A stretch of DNA of 64,000 bases from Azolla caroliniana (taxonomy: Eukaryota; Plantae; Polypodiophyta). The notes beneath the pieces are model-generated. The model worked only from the letters and a program-made list of their open reading frames with translations, ran no database searches and was not told the DNA's origin. The DNA is taken from positions 16,058,001-16,122,000 of the forward strand of contig JBHGNT010000014.1 in NCBI GenBank assembly GCA_043228905.1. Reading direction: 5' to 3'. Every line of letters begins with the position of its first letter. Within the stretch, counting starts at the first letter, position 1. Below, piece by piece: positions 26,501 through 40,100 of this stretch. The translations under genes and the position numbers were made by a program.

Positions 26501-27672
26501 AAGGCGAATCCTTTGTATGGTTTACTCGACAAATTTAAATAGCCAAAGGAGTGCACTAATTTGGCTATTTTAAGAAAGTCTAGCAAGGGCATTGATCTTG
26601 AAGCCACTCAATTAAGAGAAAGCCACTCAATTGAGAGATTGAGACAAAGATTTCCTTGACCAAACAAATGCTTTGTGTTTGCGATTGGTATTGTCCTAGC
26701 CAAACTAGGCAAAGATAAAATAGACTTACACATAACTTTCTCTAGCCATTAACCCAACCAAGAACAAAACAATAAGTATGATTCACTATATCAAAAACTT
26801 TGGACACTACCTTTAGCTTGCCACTTTTCTATTTGGATCATCAATCACTATCAAACTTGATGAATAAGACATGCTCATTACGGTGGATGTCCCATTGAAT
26901 TATGTCTCTCTTCAAATTTGACTTTAGGTTCAAACATCCTTTTGTACCATTTCTCCTAGCTAGTTAGCAAAGAAGAACATAAGGGATTGATTGTTGACGA
27001 AAGGCCAAATGCTTCCTTCTTTTCTATAAATGTTTTGCTTGAGTAAGTGCCTAACATTGTTTGAGTCTTGACATGGGGGCTCCTATTCTTGTAGTAACTC
27101 CCAAAAGACATAACACGGGTGTTGTTGAAGATGTGATTCATTTACAATGGTTAGAGGGAACTTGTACTAGAAAGACCATGATGATGTCCTATGTAGGTTC
27201 TTGTTGAACCACATAGAAATTGAGAAAGGTCATTGTACAAGTGGTGATGAACATTTCAATGATGACATTGCATCTTGAAAGATATTGCAAGCAAGTTAGT
27301 GGTGGTTGATACTTTTTATGGATATTCATGTCTATGTAAAGAGATGTGATGAGTGTTAAAAGCACAGATACTTTGTCAAAGTTGATTACTATACCTTGCA
27401 TTAGTAGACCTAAGCACTCATTTTGAAAACAGGGGACTAACTTCACTAATTGTTGTGACCGTAGCGTCGTGACAAGGAGTGCGAGCGAACTAGCCCAACT
27501 ATTGAGATGATATGGGAAGAGTAAGAATAGAAATAAAGCAATGATGCAAGTGAAAGTAAGGTGAGTAGGATTAGAGGTGAACAAGAGTAAAAGAGAATGA
27601 GAGAATGAGATGAAAGAAGAAGAGAAGAGTGAGTGAGAAAAAAAGAAAAGCTTAAGAAATTTTCATTAGAAA

Positions 27673-27724
27673 GACCTTGTGCAAACTAATTTCGCTCTAG
27701 GTAGAGCTCATTAGTGCCAAGGTC
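27673..27724 (-). ncRNA. Minimal type I hammerhead ribozyme (decayed) in the PLE 3' terminal region
   Basis: Minus strand reads GACCTTGGCA CTAATGA GCTCTA CC TAGAGC GAAA TTAG TT TGCACAAGGTC: stem I, CUGAUGA box with G>A, perfect 6-bp stem II, GAAA, decayed ACTAGT stem III, UH. Confidence 0.8.
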
Positions 27725-27744
27725 ATTTACAACAAAAGGGAAGG

Positions 27745-27753
27745 TTTATATAG
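27745..27753 (-). promoter_or_regulatory. TATA box of the PLE pseudo-LTR
   Basis: CTATATAAA on the minus strand, about 20 nt upstream of hammerhead stem I. Confidence 0.55.
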
Positions 27754-30093
27754 GGGGAAGAGAGAGAGAGAGAGAGAGAGAGAATAGGAGTTGAATGATG
27801 GGAGAGAGGGAAACGGGGATTTGTGATATGCAAAGGATTGATAAGTGAAAGTGGGTTAGAGGGGGGTTATATGTATGTATATGATAAGTGATAGGTGGGG
27901 GTGGGCTCTAAGAAGAGGGGGATTATAGGGGTGGGATATAAAAGGAATATAGTATTAAGTGGGAGTATTTATGGATTTATATTTAGTTTTGACGAGAAGG
28001 GAATGAATGGACTTAGACTTAGTCCAACATATGAAGGGTTGCGGTAGTTCGGATAGTTGGGGATGTGTGGCTAAATCCGCGTAGAGGTTTTCTAGCATGT
28101 CGCGAATTCCTAATCTAGGGGTATCTTTCGTATACCTAAGTTTGAAGATGACAGGTATAAGGGTACTTTTAGGTTTTCTACTAAATACTAGTGATTTCCT
28201 AGCGCTAAATGAGACCTTTTTATAATTCTCTAATATAAAAGAAAGGGGATATCCTCTCTTAACTAATCTACTAAAAAATAGTTTTTTTCATTCGAAGGAA
28301 ACCTAAGGGGGTACTTTCTCTAATTAGGTATCGTTTTAGTTCATTAATAATAAAATGACGTTTTAAGTGAAGGGGGTGAACTGACGAGAATGAGAGATAC
28401 TTGTAGGCATTTTGGGGCTTTTGGTAGCAATTAAAGGAGAAATGTGAATTCTTTAGGTTAATCCATAAATCTAAGAACAGTAATCTAAAGAGAGAAGTGG
28501 TGATGGTAATTTTGATGCAATTATTAGTGGAGGTGTTATAGAACTGGAGGTAATTTTCTAATTCGGGTTTAGTACCCGTCCATATCCTGAATGCATCATC
28601 TATATATCTAGTGAAATAAAAAAGATTAGGGTGTGATGGTTGGGAGTTCTCTAAGTGAGCTAAGAATAGGCATGCATAAACTATAGAAAAATTACTACCC
28701 ATGGTTGTACCCTTGACTTGTTGATAGATCATGTCGTCAAAGGATAGAAAGTGATATTCTAACGTGAGTGCACTAAGTGTATTGATAAGGTTAGTTTTAG
28801 AAGATTAAAAATGTGGGGCAATCATTTTTCGTAAAGCCTGAAGTCCTAACCTAGGGGGTATGCTGGGATATAAAGATTCAACATCAAAGGTGAAGATAAA
28901 ACTATTAGGGGGTGGGTTGAGATGTTCTAAAGTTTGGACAAGGGAATGTGAGTCTTTCAAATATTGCTTCTGAAGGAGAAGGATAGGCATGAGTTGGTGG
29001 TGAAGCCATTTTGATGTTTGTTCAAAAAGGGAGTTATTGTATGAGCAAATAGGTCTAAAACCTATTGGGTTTTTATGGAGTTTTGGGAGGAAATAGACAT
29101 TGCATACTTGGTACCCTTTTGAGGGTTTATGTAGTATGTAGTTGGTTTCTATGTTGGATAGGGTACCAAGATGGTTATTAACAATGCTTTTCAATCTATA
29201 GGATAATTCCTCAAGTGGATAGTGGGAGACTTTTTTATATGTATTAGTATCGGAAAGGTGTTCTATAGCTTTGTTATAGTACGTGCCCTTATCAAGAACA
29301 CACACTCCAACATTCTTGTCAACAGGTAGGATTATGATTTTATTGTTTTTCTTAAGAGATTGTAAGGCTAGTGATAAGTGAGGTGCAATCCTAGTGGGTT
29401 TTAATTTGAGTGTATGAAGTGTGTCCCTAAAGATAGTTTGGTGTTTAGATATAATGTTTTCTAGGGGAGTGTACTTAGTAGGAGGTTGCCAACTAGGGTT
29501 AGGTAGCTTAAAGGGATTTTGGGGCAAATTATCCACATCTTTAAAAAAATGTTTAAGTCGAAGGGTCCTACTTAGGCTATCAAATTCTTTAAGTAGGGTA
29601 GGGGATGATGGTGGAGAAGATGGGAGGATGTGTTTCAAACCTAGGCTAAGGAGTTGTGTCTCATGTTTAGAGAGGGAATAATTAGAGTGGTTGTGGATTC
29701 TACTAATTCTAGGTTTATTAAGGAGAGGTGTCCAAATTTTATTAATAGACATGCTATCGTGTGGACATAACCACATGAAGAGGCACCCGAAGGGATTCCT
29801 TTGTGGAAATTCCCATGAAAGTTGCTTAATTCCACATAGTCTCGGTTCGTGGAAATTTCTATGAACATTTAAACTGACACACTAGGGAAGGCATCTATAA
29901 TAACATGGTTAATATGCTTGCCAAATAATCAATCAACATCAAGCTTCAATAAACTTATTCCATGAGCATACATACATATACACATACATACATACATCAG
30001 GATGGGCTTGACAAGTTGGAATCTATAATGTAACTGAGTTCTCCAAAACAAACTTATTTCTAGTGGATACTTGATATATAGCCAATTGGCAGT

Positions 30094-30720
30094 TGTTACC
30101 CGGTGGGACAAGTGTGAAACGAATCAAAAGGAGCCGAGCACTAGTAGCCGAATATCAAGGAAAGAACGTGTGGAAAACGCCAAGTAGAAGGGAACTATAT
30201 ATATTGGGGATTAGTGAACACAAAAAGAGGCAGAATAGAGAGGACTAGGAAAGGAATAGACAAGTAGAAAGTGAGTGAGGGATTACAGGGAATATTTGGT
30301 ACTTGTATTTGTGTGTTACTTTTTAATCGAATATATATTTGTGGGTAACTTCAGTGTTATGTTTCGTCTATATGCTTATATAAGTTCGGTATGTGTAAAG
30401 GACGTATCTAAGGATCGGTTATAGCCGATCCCGCAGTATACCCCATCCAAGAGGAATAATTTGAATTACAATCCCAAGTATTGGGAAGTCATATACCCTG
30501 TAAACGACTTCGGCTAACGATCTTGGTATGGCACCGTGACCTCAACTCTCCTTCGCACCACAATACCTTGACCCGAGTACTCAGGCGGGGTAATCGAAGG
30601 TGTTTTCTCTAGGAGGGAGTAACAATAGTCACTCGTGAGTTGCATGTAGAAGGCGTGGATGAACTTCTCTCGACGATGGCTCGTAGGCAATTCGAAGCCA
30701 CGATTGCTCAAAACTCGCAG
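30094..30720 (+). mobile_element. Truncated LTR retrotransposon 5' end (LTR about 30094-30519 plus PBS-like sequence)
   Basis: Termini TGTTACCCG...CGGCTAACG form an imperfect inverted repeat; internal TATATATA near 30196; TGGTAT at 30524-30529 partially matches the tRNA-Met PBS. Confidence 0.55.
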
Positions 30721-30805
30721 AGCCTTTTTTGTTTTGTTTTGTTTTACATAATAAGATAAATGATCGTAGAGGAGCTTAAATTCAATTCAAACGGGAAGGC
30801 GAATC

Positions 30806-30880
30806 GGTTTAGGTTTAGGGTTTAGATTTTGGTGGTAAGTAAGGGAGAGTGTCGAGGTTTAGGTTTAGGGTTTAAGGGAT
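30806..30880. promoter_or_regulatory. Telo-box-like (TTTAGG[G]) repeats upstream of pTAC6
   Basis: GGTTTAGGTTTAGGGTTTA occurs twice, and each contains the reverse complement of AAACCCTA. Confidence 0.55.
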
Positions 30881-31114
30881 TGATTAGGTTGTGTGGCTAA
30901 AAAGAGAGTTTAAGGTGGTGTGGTGTAGTTAATAGTGAGTGAGTGAGAGTGAAAGAGAAACTTTCTTTGGTTGTAGCCCCCCCCCAAAGAAAGATTACTT
31001 TTGGAAGAAGAAAGAGAATAAAATGCTAAGAATATGTATGTATGAATAATGAGAGTGTGATTGGATAGATAGATAGGTAGATTTATGTCTGTCTGTATGT
31101 AGAGTAGATAAACC

Positions 31115-34100
31115 ATGGGTTTATGCAGCCTCATGGAATGCTGCTGCACTTGTTCCCCTACCCTGCACATTCAGCCCCGTGCTGAGTCAGGGTCAGGGTT
31201 AGGGTTAGGGTTAGGGTTAGGCCCATGGACAGGCACAGGTAAAGGTATAGGTCCAGGACTAGGACTAGGACTAGGACTAGGATTAGGATTAGGATTAGGG
31301 TTTAGCTGTCGGATTCCTTCCTCATTGCACACCACAGGATTAAGCACATCAAGGACGCTTGCTGCAGCTGCGCCACTTTGGGGAAACAGCCAATCCTCGC
31401 TCTCCGCTCCTCTAACTGAAACCCTTCAGACATTCGGGCAGACGAAGCCGCGGAGCCGCGATGAATGGGCCTTAGTAAAGGCAGCGGATGACGACTTTGA
31501 GGTTGAAGAGGAGATCGAGTTCGATGACGATAATGACAAGGGTGAAGATGATGAAGAAGACCTTCAGGATTTTGAGACAGATTATGACGTTATTGGAGGG
31601 AGGCTGAGTAGTGACTCAGAAAGATACCTTGAGAGCGACTCATTTATCTCTACTAGAGGTGAACCCGCGGAGTCCATTGTTGATTACAAGATCAATGAAG
31701 ACGAGTTCCACAAACTCTCGCTTCAGCATTGTGACTTCTTTATCCGTAAAGTCCCCGATGCTGATGAAGATATGTATGATTTCCGAGAGGTATCTACTTC
31801 TTGTATGCATGCTATTTACATATGTATGTAAAACGTTCATACCGTTGACGACCTTTTTATTTATTTATTTCTGAGAAACGTCTACTTCCCACCTATATGT
31901 TATCTACAAATGTGATACTTCTGATTCCTGTTGTTTTTTTGGTAGCCTGACCTTTGTTTTTGAAAAGCATGAAAAGTTAATTATTATACCTACCTGATGT
32001 ACAATTAACCACACGAGACCTATAAGCGATACACCATCTGTCTGAATTTTAAGGAGGCTTAAAGCTTCCTTTAATTGTCATTTGAGGTGCTAGTGTGGAT
32101 GTTGTCAGATAGCCTCTTCATAATGAAATCCATTCCTTTTTCCATGAGCAAAGCATTATTCATTTTCTAAAAATTTGTTGAGGGTTACAAAACTTCGATT
32201 TTTGGATTTTGATCTTCCAGACACCTCATCACAGTCATGATAGTCTAGATGATACAATCAATATTTCATGCAGATGTATGTAACAGCCCCTGACACAGAT
32301 ATTTATGCAATTCCAAGGACAGATGGAAGGTTGCCAAAGAAAGTAAGTGCATTTATCCAAATTTCTCTTTTAAAATGAAATGCTAATGTGCACCGTTTTT
32401 GAGGTGCTCCGCAGTGTTTCACCAGTGGAGCATCAGGCAAATCACTGAATGCTGTATTGACTTGTCATGTAAGATAATTCATTTTTTATCTTAATGTGTG
32501 CAGCCGGTACGTTTGACTAAAAGCAACTTTGAGCACTTATGTGTTACAGAGCTACCAGTTGAAACACTTAGATCACCTATGGTCAAGGATGAAAGACAAG
32601 TTATGAAGGTTAGCAATTTGGGTCTACCAACAGGGAATTATGCCTGTAGGCTTGATGTTTCTTGAATTGTGTGCTTTCTTGGAACATTCATTGGAATATC
32701 TTGTAGTTAATTCATATTGCTTTCAAGGGGGAACTTAATATAGCAAGAATTTGAATATGTTAATTGGTGCAATTTGAAGTATAACAAAGAAAGTTTTCTT
32801 AAAAGCGGCATTTGTCCAATGGTATTGGATGCTTAAAGGAGTCAAATGGGTCCCTTCTGCTGTATTTTAAGATGTCTTTAGACAGACTAATACTGAGCTA
32901 GACAGTACTTTCTTGGCCAGAGGGAAATATCCTAATTAAAGTTGCCATTAACTACCCCAGGTTTCGACCTGCATATTTTAAAATACAAAATTTAGAAATA
33001 AATTCTCATTTTTCTCTATCTTCTTTTGTCAAATGCTATAGTCACAGTCATTATCACTATGTGGACAGTGGAAATCAATGATTAAATAAATTATGTAGAG
33101 ATATTGGCTATAGGCCACGTTAAATGTTAAATCATCACATTGGGCTTGGTATAATGGATCAAATACAGTTTTTTGTAGAAATTCCTTCATAGTAGGCTGG
33201 AGATGGGGTAGTTCTGATGTATTAGAATGAGATTTTCATTTAATGGACTATTCTATGACTAACTAGAGACTACTGCCGTTTGAGATTTTCTTCATTTTGC
33301 AATTTCTTGAGTATTTTGTTGATTCTTAAAAGAACAGTTCTCTTATTGATATGAATATACTATCATTGCAGATTTTTCTAATGAAGCACTTAAAGAATAG
33401 GAGAGCAGATGCTTGGAACTTTGTACTAGATTTTGAGCAGATCTATGTTATTGATTCCAAGTCACGATCTATATCAAGGGCAAAGGTTACGGTTAGTGTT
33501 TAAACTTACATCCCATGTTAAAACATAATAGGAATGGGTTAAACAATTTGTATGTTAACATTGACTCTTCTGATGATCATTTCTATACTCTGAGATCTCG
33601 CTCCTGTCAAAGTCCTACTTGTGATAAAAACATTTACGCAGGCCCTACATGGCCTACTATTATCACTAGTAAATATATAAAGGCTCCTATACATTCTTCA
33701 GCAAGGTTAGAAAATTATGTTTACTGATGTGAAGGCTTCCCTATATCTAGAATACGTCAAAATGGGCTTGTTACAAGATTAAACCCCTTCCATTTTGTTG
33801 ATGGAACATGATGCTTTGTTTTAACTCGACTTATTTTTTTATATCAATACCTATTGGAGGGTGCCAGCTCCAGACCTGCACTCTCTTTCATCTTTATTAT
33901 CTCTCTTCCTAGATTCTTTTCTTTTCATGTTATTTACTTTTATATTTACTGTGTAATATATATTTTATTTTGATTTGTTCTCAAAGACAAGACAACACTT
34001 AAGATCTCTTATTTGGTCTTATAGGCCATTTTGGCCTCTTAAAAGACGTTAATATATCTTTATTTATTTCTTTCTTTCTCTAGAATCTGCAACTCTTTAA

Positions 34101-37100
34101 ATGCCTTCTTTCTCTAGAGTCTGCAACGGTTTAAATGCCTTCTCTCTCTTTCACTTTTTCCAAGATATTCCTTCTTATTCCTAGTTTATTGTACCTGTTT
34201 GGTAGTACAAGAGTCACTTAACTACCAAACAACCATTTCACCCACATTTCAAAATTTTGTATAAATAGGCTATACCAGCCTCTCTTTTAAGTACTTTACT
34301 TTTGCTGCTACTTGAAAACAAGCTCTACTCTTTGCAACCATTTTTGCTACTGCTGTCTAACAGTCTTCTCACAGCTTGGCTGTGTCTATTTTGTTCTAAC
34401 AACTGTTCCGCTGCTGTTATTAACAGCTTTTTCACAATACCAACGGTAATCTCCTAAACAATGCAGCACCAGCATTAACTATGCTATGCTGGTGATTAAT
34501 CCATTAAATTAAATAATCATCAAGATTATATGGATACTTGCTTAATTGGTGACATTCTCCATGAAATCAGAATTTAGAATGGTATTTTACATGGGATAGA
34601 GTTTTAGAGTAAAGGCAGTTGTGTCCTCTCCACTTGAGTGCGCAGGTCCTGTATTTAGACAGCAAAGCATGTTGAGGTTAAAGGCTATTGTGCCTTGTCC
34701 ATTGGTATTGTACCCATTGTATAGTGAATAACGTGCTGCTCATGTCGCACCCCTACTTGGGATGATTACGCATCTACTTCTTTTGAATCCCAAATGAGCT
34801 TCATAGCGTCATCACGTGACCTGTGTATTCGTAGTGTCACACTTTCTTCTTCTTTGATAGTGACTTGCTCAGCTCAACTGGAGCCTCATGAATATGTACC
34901 ATCAAAGCATGATTGATGAACACAATACTCTTATTGCTTTGGCATTTGGTGGGAATCTTGACAACCCCTGAGGAAGATTCCGTAAAGATACTCACAAATT
35001 TGAGATTCTATAGGGGATCATTATAGTGTTTCACATCAAGCAGAGAGAGAAAGCACCACCATCTATGTGGGGCGTTTAGATGGAGGAGAGTTGGAGCAGT
35101 ATTAACAACAAATAAGAGAGGCAAGGGAAGTGGACTGGAGAGCATTCTCTTCATCTGGGGGGTGTTGGGTTTATTATAGAGATGTATATACTGGGCACAT
35201 TAGTGGTATCAGAATTTTTTTCATCTAAAGAATATCGTGGCTTAATACAATGGACCAAGCATCATGATTATAAATGTAAAATCAATTCTTCTGGAATATT
35301 CAAAAAGTTGTTTCGTCGATGAGGCATGTGTGTTTCATCTTTCTTGATAGGCAGAGATTCCTACATTTCCTCCATGCCTCATTTGTAGGTATTTTAGTGT
35401 AAATAATCTAGGTTAATGAAGTCCTGAATGTCAGTCTATGTTTTTCATTGTTTTTCTAGCTTATGTTTGTACCAACCAGTAACATTTGTTTCCCTGGTTT
35501 TCTAGTTAAATGTTCCTGGTGGAGTGAATCGCGATAGGAGTCAAGAGGTTTTGCTTGTTCATGATGATGGTACTGTGTTCACGGTTATACATCAGGTATG
35601 CTTGATTGCATTATATAGGTTGTAGTTGTGTGTGAATATTATAATGTTGAATGTGGTTTTACTATATCATCGATCCAATATTTCCCAACCAAATTTCTCT
35701 AGACAATGGATGCTAGCTTTTTTCAGTGCGCATGCTTAGTTTTGCCTCTTCAATATTCCTGCTGTTGCTGTTTCTAAATGGAAGGACCGGTGTGTAATGA
35801 TAGACTTGGAGCAAAAGTGACAAGAAAGGGAAAAGGGCTGAGGTGCAGATAGATAGATTTTATATCGTCTTCAGAGGTCAAATATGACCTATGAGGTGCA
35901 GAGAAAACACGAGAGGAAGAAGGTTCATGGAGGTTTTTGGAGCCCTCTAATAATCTATTTTGTAGGGGGGCATAACTATATTGTTTTACTAGAATGTGAC
36001 TTGAACCAGCTCACATTGGCCAAGCGACTCAAATATGTCCTGGAAGCTCTTAAGAGAGCATATTGAAGGGCCTTTATAAATATACAAATGGAGAATTCTT
36101 GGACCTTTATACCAAGCAACCTCCTATTTACAAGGCTAAGTAAGCTCCTTGAAGCTATGCAACTTCCACCAGCTGCCGCCGATGTTAATGGTGTGCCTTG
36201 AGAGGTCACTTAATGAGAGCATCCATAGGATTTTGTTCCGTGCTGATTTTATTCAATAATATAAGACTATCATCTATTGCTGCCCTGATGACGTGATACA
36301 TTACAGCAATGTGCTTAGTGTGTGCATGAACCATGAATTTGTAGCTAAACATATAACGTGCTGGCTATCACAAACAATGTAAGATTTGTTTCCTCTCCGA
36401 TTGACCAAGTTCATTGTAGAGACGTGCTGCCCATATGAATTCTTTGGAATCCTTAGTTCTAGATAATGCAACAATCCTCTGCAACTAGAACACTACGAAA
36501 TTGTATCATCTCCAAGTACAAATACATGTGAGTGGACTTCCGTGTATCCATGTAACCTGCCATATCAGAGTCACAGAAATCAATTTATTTCCAATGGAAC
36601 CTTCCCATAACCTAGATATTTACTTTTTGTCCCCTTCAAATATCCCAAAATTGTTTTATTTATTTTTCTTGGGATACACAAAATAATAATTGTTGCCTAT
36701 CCCTCTTTATCTGCATACCCAATACATATTCAGCTAAATCTAAATTTTTCATGGCAAAAGCTGATTTTCTATCCTCAATCGTAATTTTACCCACCTATTC
36801 GGGATGCCATTCTTACCACCCTTGAGCGAGTCAACCAAGTCTCAAGTATCATTTGCATGCAAAGCTTTTATTTCTGCTTGCATTACCAGCTCCAACTCAC
36901 TCTTTTGCTCACATGACCTAGTTTCATTTAATGTAAGAGGTTCACCCTCATCAATCAAAATATTGTATTGCTAGGAGAGATCATATCTTTTAAAGGCCTT
37001 CTTAATGTATTAGACCTGCTAGTGGACATGGGATCTACATCAGGAGGGACCTCAGAACCTAAACATTAGGCCGCTATCCATCGTTTACAGCCTTATTTTC

Positions 37101-40100
37101 AGCATTATGCATGTAATGGCTGTCCAATTTTTGACAGCAGTTCTGGAAGAAAGAAACTATGTCTGCCTCTCCTTAGATGCTCTAGCTATGTGAGCAATCT
37201 CAATTTATATATAATGTGAAGAAACTGCAAGCTGTCTAATCACTACAAAATATTAAATGGAATGTCAAATCATGTTCTTGCATGGTATGATGTCCATATA
37301 ATTGCTGAATAAAGCACTGAAATGTAGTACTAATGACATAAAAGTGGCTATAGTTATATGCTTATCTATGCATGGGTCTGTACATACTAACATTCATTGT
37401 CTTCAGCATTAGCTAAATCTCAGGATCTTAGGAAAGTCTGTATTATAACAACAACTAAAATCGGCAAGTCTTTTTATGCTTTATAGGAAACTCAAGGATA
37501 ATATAGTCTGCATAGAGCATTAAATGAACAGTTATACCTCCTCATGTGATGTAGTTGATAGTCTCATTGTCCACCAACAGTCTGATTGGCACCATACTCT
37601 ACCAATCATCTCTCATAGAGATTAAATTCCCCGAATCATAGGGATTCTCAAATATCTTAGGTACATGAAAAGCCATTGTAGTAGGAAAATGAAGTATCTT
37701 AATTTCAAATTTGACATTCTATCATCCTGCCACTTCATCCTTAGTGCTCTAGTAATCTATCCTCGATGATCACATACTTCATAGCTTCACCTGAGAGCTC
37801 CAATAGATTTTTGATTCCCCATCTTTAAACCATTCATATTGTCAAGCAACTGTTCTGGCAATTATTCTGCATGCTTAGGACCTGTTTCTAATAGCATGAT
37901 GTGATACTGGTTGGGAATTCCCCCCCAATTGTCTACGTGGGATTTTCTCTATTGTACATTAAGGGAGATAGGGCCATCCTGCACTTGAACTCTGGAAAGC
38001 AACACTCGAACCCACCATAGCATGGAATAACATCAATCTCACTTCCCATTCTCAAGTATCACTTTGGTTGTGTTGATTGTCAAACATATAATAACTAATT
38101 CAACCTGCTTGAAGTTTAGACTCATACTCTCCACATATTTGTTGATGTTACATTGATACAAAGATATTTGAAGCTTTGCACCTCTTGTATGTAAAAGTGG
38201 GGTAGTGCCTTGGTTTTATTAGCCTTCTGATTTTGACAAAATGTTTCCAATGCATCAAGTGTTTGGGCCATCATATCCTCTCGTCTTTTGCATCCTTGTT
38301 TACTATTTCTTCAAGTTTATCAATGCATAGATCAAAGAGTGTGGGCTCAAGCAAACTTTGAGAAACCACAATTTATTTTCAATTAGCAACTAACTCGCTC
38401 ATATTAGAATTAGAATTAGAATATTTATCGTCCATAAAGAGGCCAATTTTGACCTATGGGACCAGAGTATACATGTGTTCTTGATATGTGTCTCCTTCCT
38501 AAGAAGGGGTATTCATACATTGAAGCACAAAGTCTCTATGTGTGAATAAGCATGCACATATGAGCTCAACCTTCTCGGTGGTGTCTTAAGTATGGCACTT
38601 AAGTTATCACTCCCTCTTAGTATGTCAACATATCTTGAACGAATTGCACTATATGTCGAGCATGTGAAGAGCAAGTGACATTCATCCTCTACGATGCCTT
38701 CGTTGCATACTTTGCATGTCTTCAAATTAGTTACATTTTGATACCATGATGCAACTTCAATACCGAACTTGTGAGATCGAGTGCGAAGTAGTGTAAGGGC
38801 TCTATGAGCATTACTACTCATATTGGTAATGAGATAAGGTTGGATACGATCAATAGACATTCTTGCTTTATATTGAGACCAACATTGAGGGTTGACATTT
38901 GCAATGTAGTATTCTAGCTTTGTCCTCTAGGCATCATCCCATTTCATCCTTAATGATTCTACCAACCTTTCCTCAATCATTACATATTGCATAACATTGC
39001 CCGAAAGCTCTAAAAGATCATCCAAACCCCATCTTCTAAACCATTTCTTTATGTCAACAACCCAACTTGATGAGAGAATCTTACTTTTATGATTCTTTTG
39101 TAGCTTACATCCAACATTCCAAGCAAGATGTGGTAATCGATGATTCGGCATATTCTTGACTTTTATAACGTATTTATATACTTTTTGGAGTGCCAATAGT
39201 TCTATGGGTCGAACACTTGTTTCCAAGAGCATAACCTGGTAAGAGGTAGTGCATTTAACTCCTAATTGCTTCCTTAAAAACATCTTTTGAATTTTCTCAA
39301 TCTCATTCCATGCATTAAGAGTGATGGTGCCACCCCATACTTCTACTCCATAAAGCAATACTTGAGTTACCATGGCATTGAACAACATTAGTTTTACTTC
39401 CCATCCACAAGTATCACTTTGGTTGCATTGGTTCTCTAGAAGGTAATATGATTTCGAACCGGCTTGGAGCCTAGAATCAAAGCATGCACTCCATTTATTT
39501 GTGGCAGGTACATCAATACCAAGATATTTAAAGCTTTGAACAATTTGTATATGTTCACCTCTATATGTGAGCATAGGGTAATGATGAGGTTGGATGGTTT
39601 GCACTACCATCATTTTTGTTTTCTCCACATTCACTACTAGTCCAGTACAATGGTAAACTTCTTCTAATACCACAAGTAAATTTTGCATACTATCAACATC
39701 ATATGAGAAGAGTACCACATCATCAGCATATAGAAGCAATAAGATAACATGTTGCATCAATTTGGGAGCATTCAATCCTTCTTCTCTTGCAACCTTATTT
39801 ACCACATCTAATTTATCAATACATAAGCCAAAAAGTGTGGGTGATAGTGGACATCCTTGCTTGACCCCCATGTTACTTAAAAAGTGCTTTGAGAATCCAC
39901 TATCCATTTTTAGTTGGCATTTTACTTGTTCATATAGGCGTGCAACAACAACTTGGTACTCTGATGGCATGTCAATCTCTACGATTCTATTCCAGAGCTC
40001 ACTTCGTGGTACGATATCAAAAGCTTTCTTAAAATCAACAGAACAACGATAAAGTGTTTTTCCTTGTAGTCGACTCTCTTCCATTATTACTCTCAATGTG

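Larger units (their letters stand above)
27450..29776 (-). mobile_element. Penelope-like retroelement (PLE), RT only, no GIY-YIG endonuclease visible
   Basis: PLE motifs in order: HNHSNYSLSKHETQLLSLGLKH, ILPVDKNVG, YFLPKLHKNPIGFRPICS, FTFDVESLYPSIP, QVKGTTMGS, FTRYIDD, FLDL, YQKPQN, HP, RGYP. One in-frame stop at 28805-28807, one frameshift near 28285, terminal TAA at 27955-27957. Confidence 0.9.

Noticed and set aside
29770-29800. ATGAAGAGGCACCCGAAGGG as a second, inverted hammerhead at the PLE 5' end
   Set aside because: Lacks CUGA, a correctly placed GAAA and a stem I
30806-30880. TTTAGGG repeats as a telomeric cap of the endonuclease-less PLE
   Set aside because: Orientation would fit, but they are ~1 kb away, beyond an LTR fragment, and sit where promoter telo-boxes are expected
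34950-35010. CTGAGGA flanked by a weak inverted repeat as a hammerhead
   Set aside because: No convincing stem II and no GAAA box
36276-36310. ATTGCTG-CC-CTGATGA...CAGCAAT as a hammerhead or C/D snoRNA
   Set aside because: No stem II or GAAA, no terminal D box, and too short
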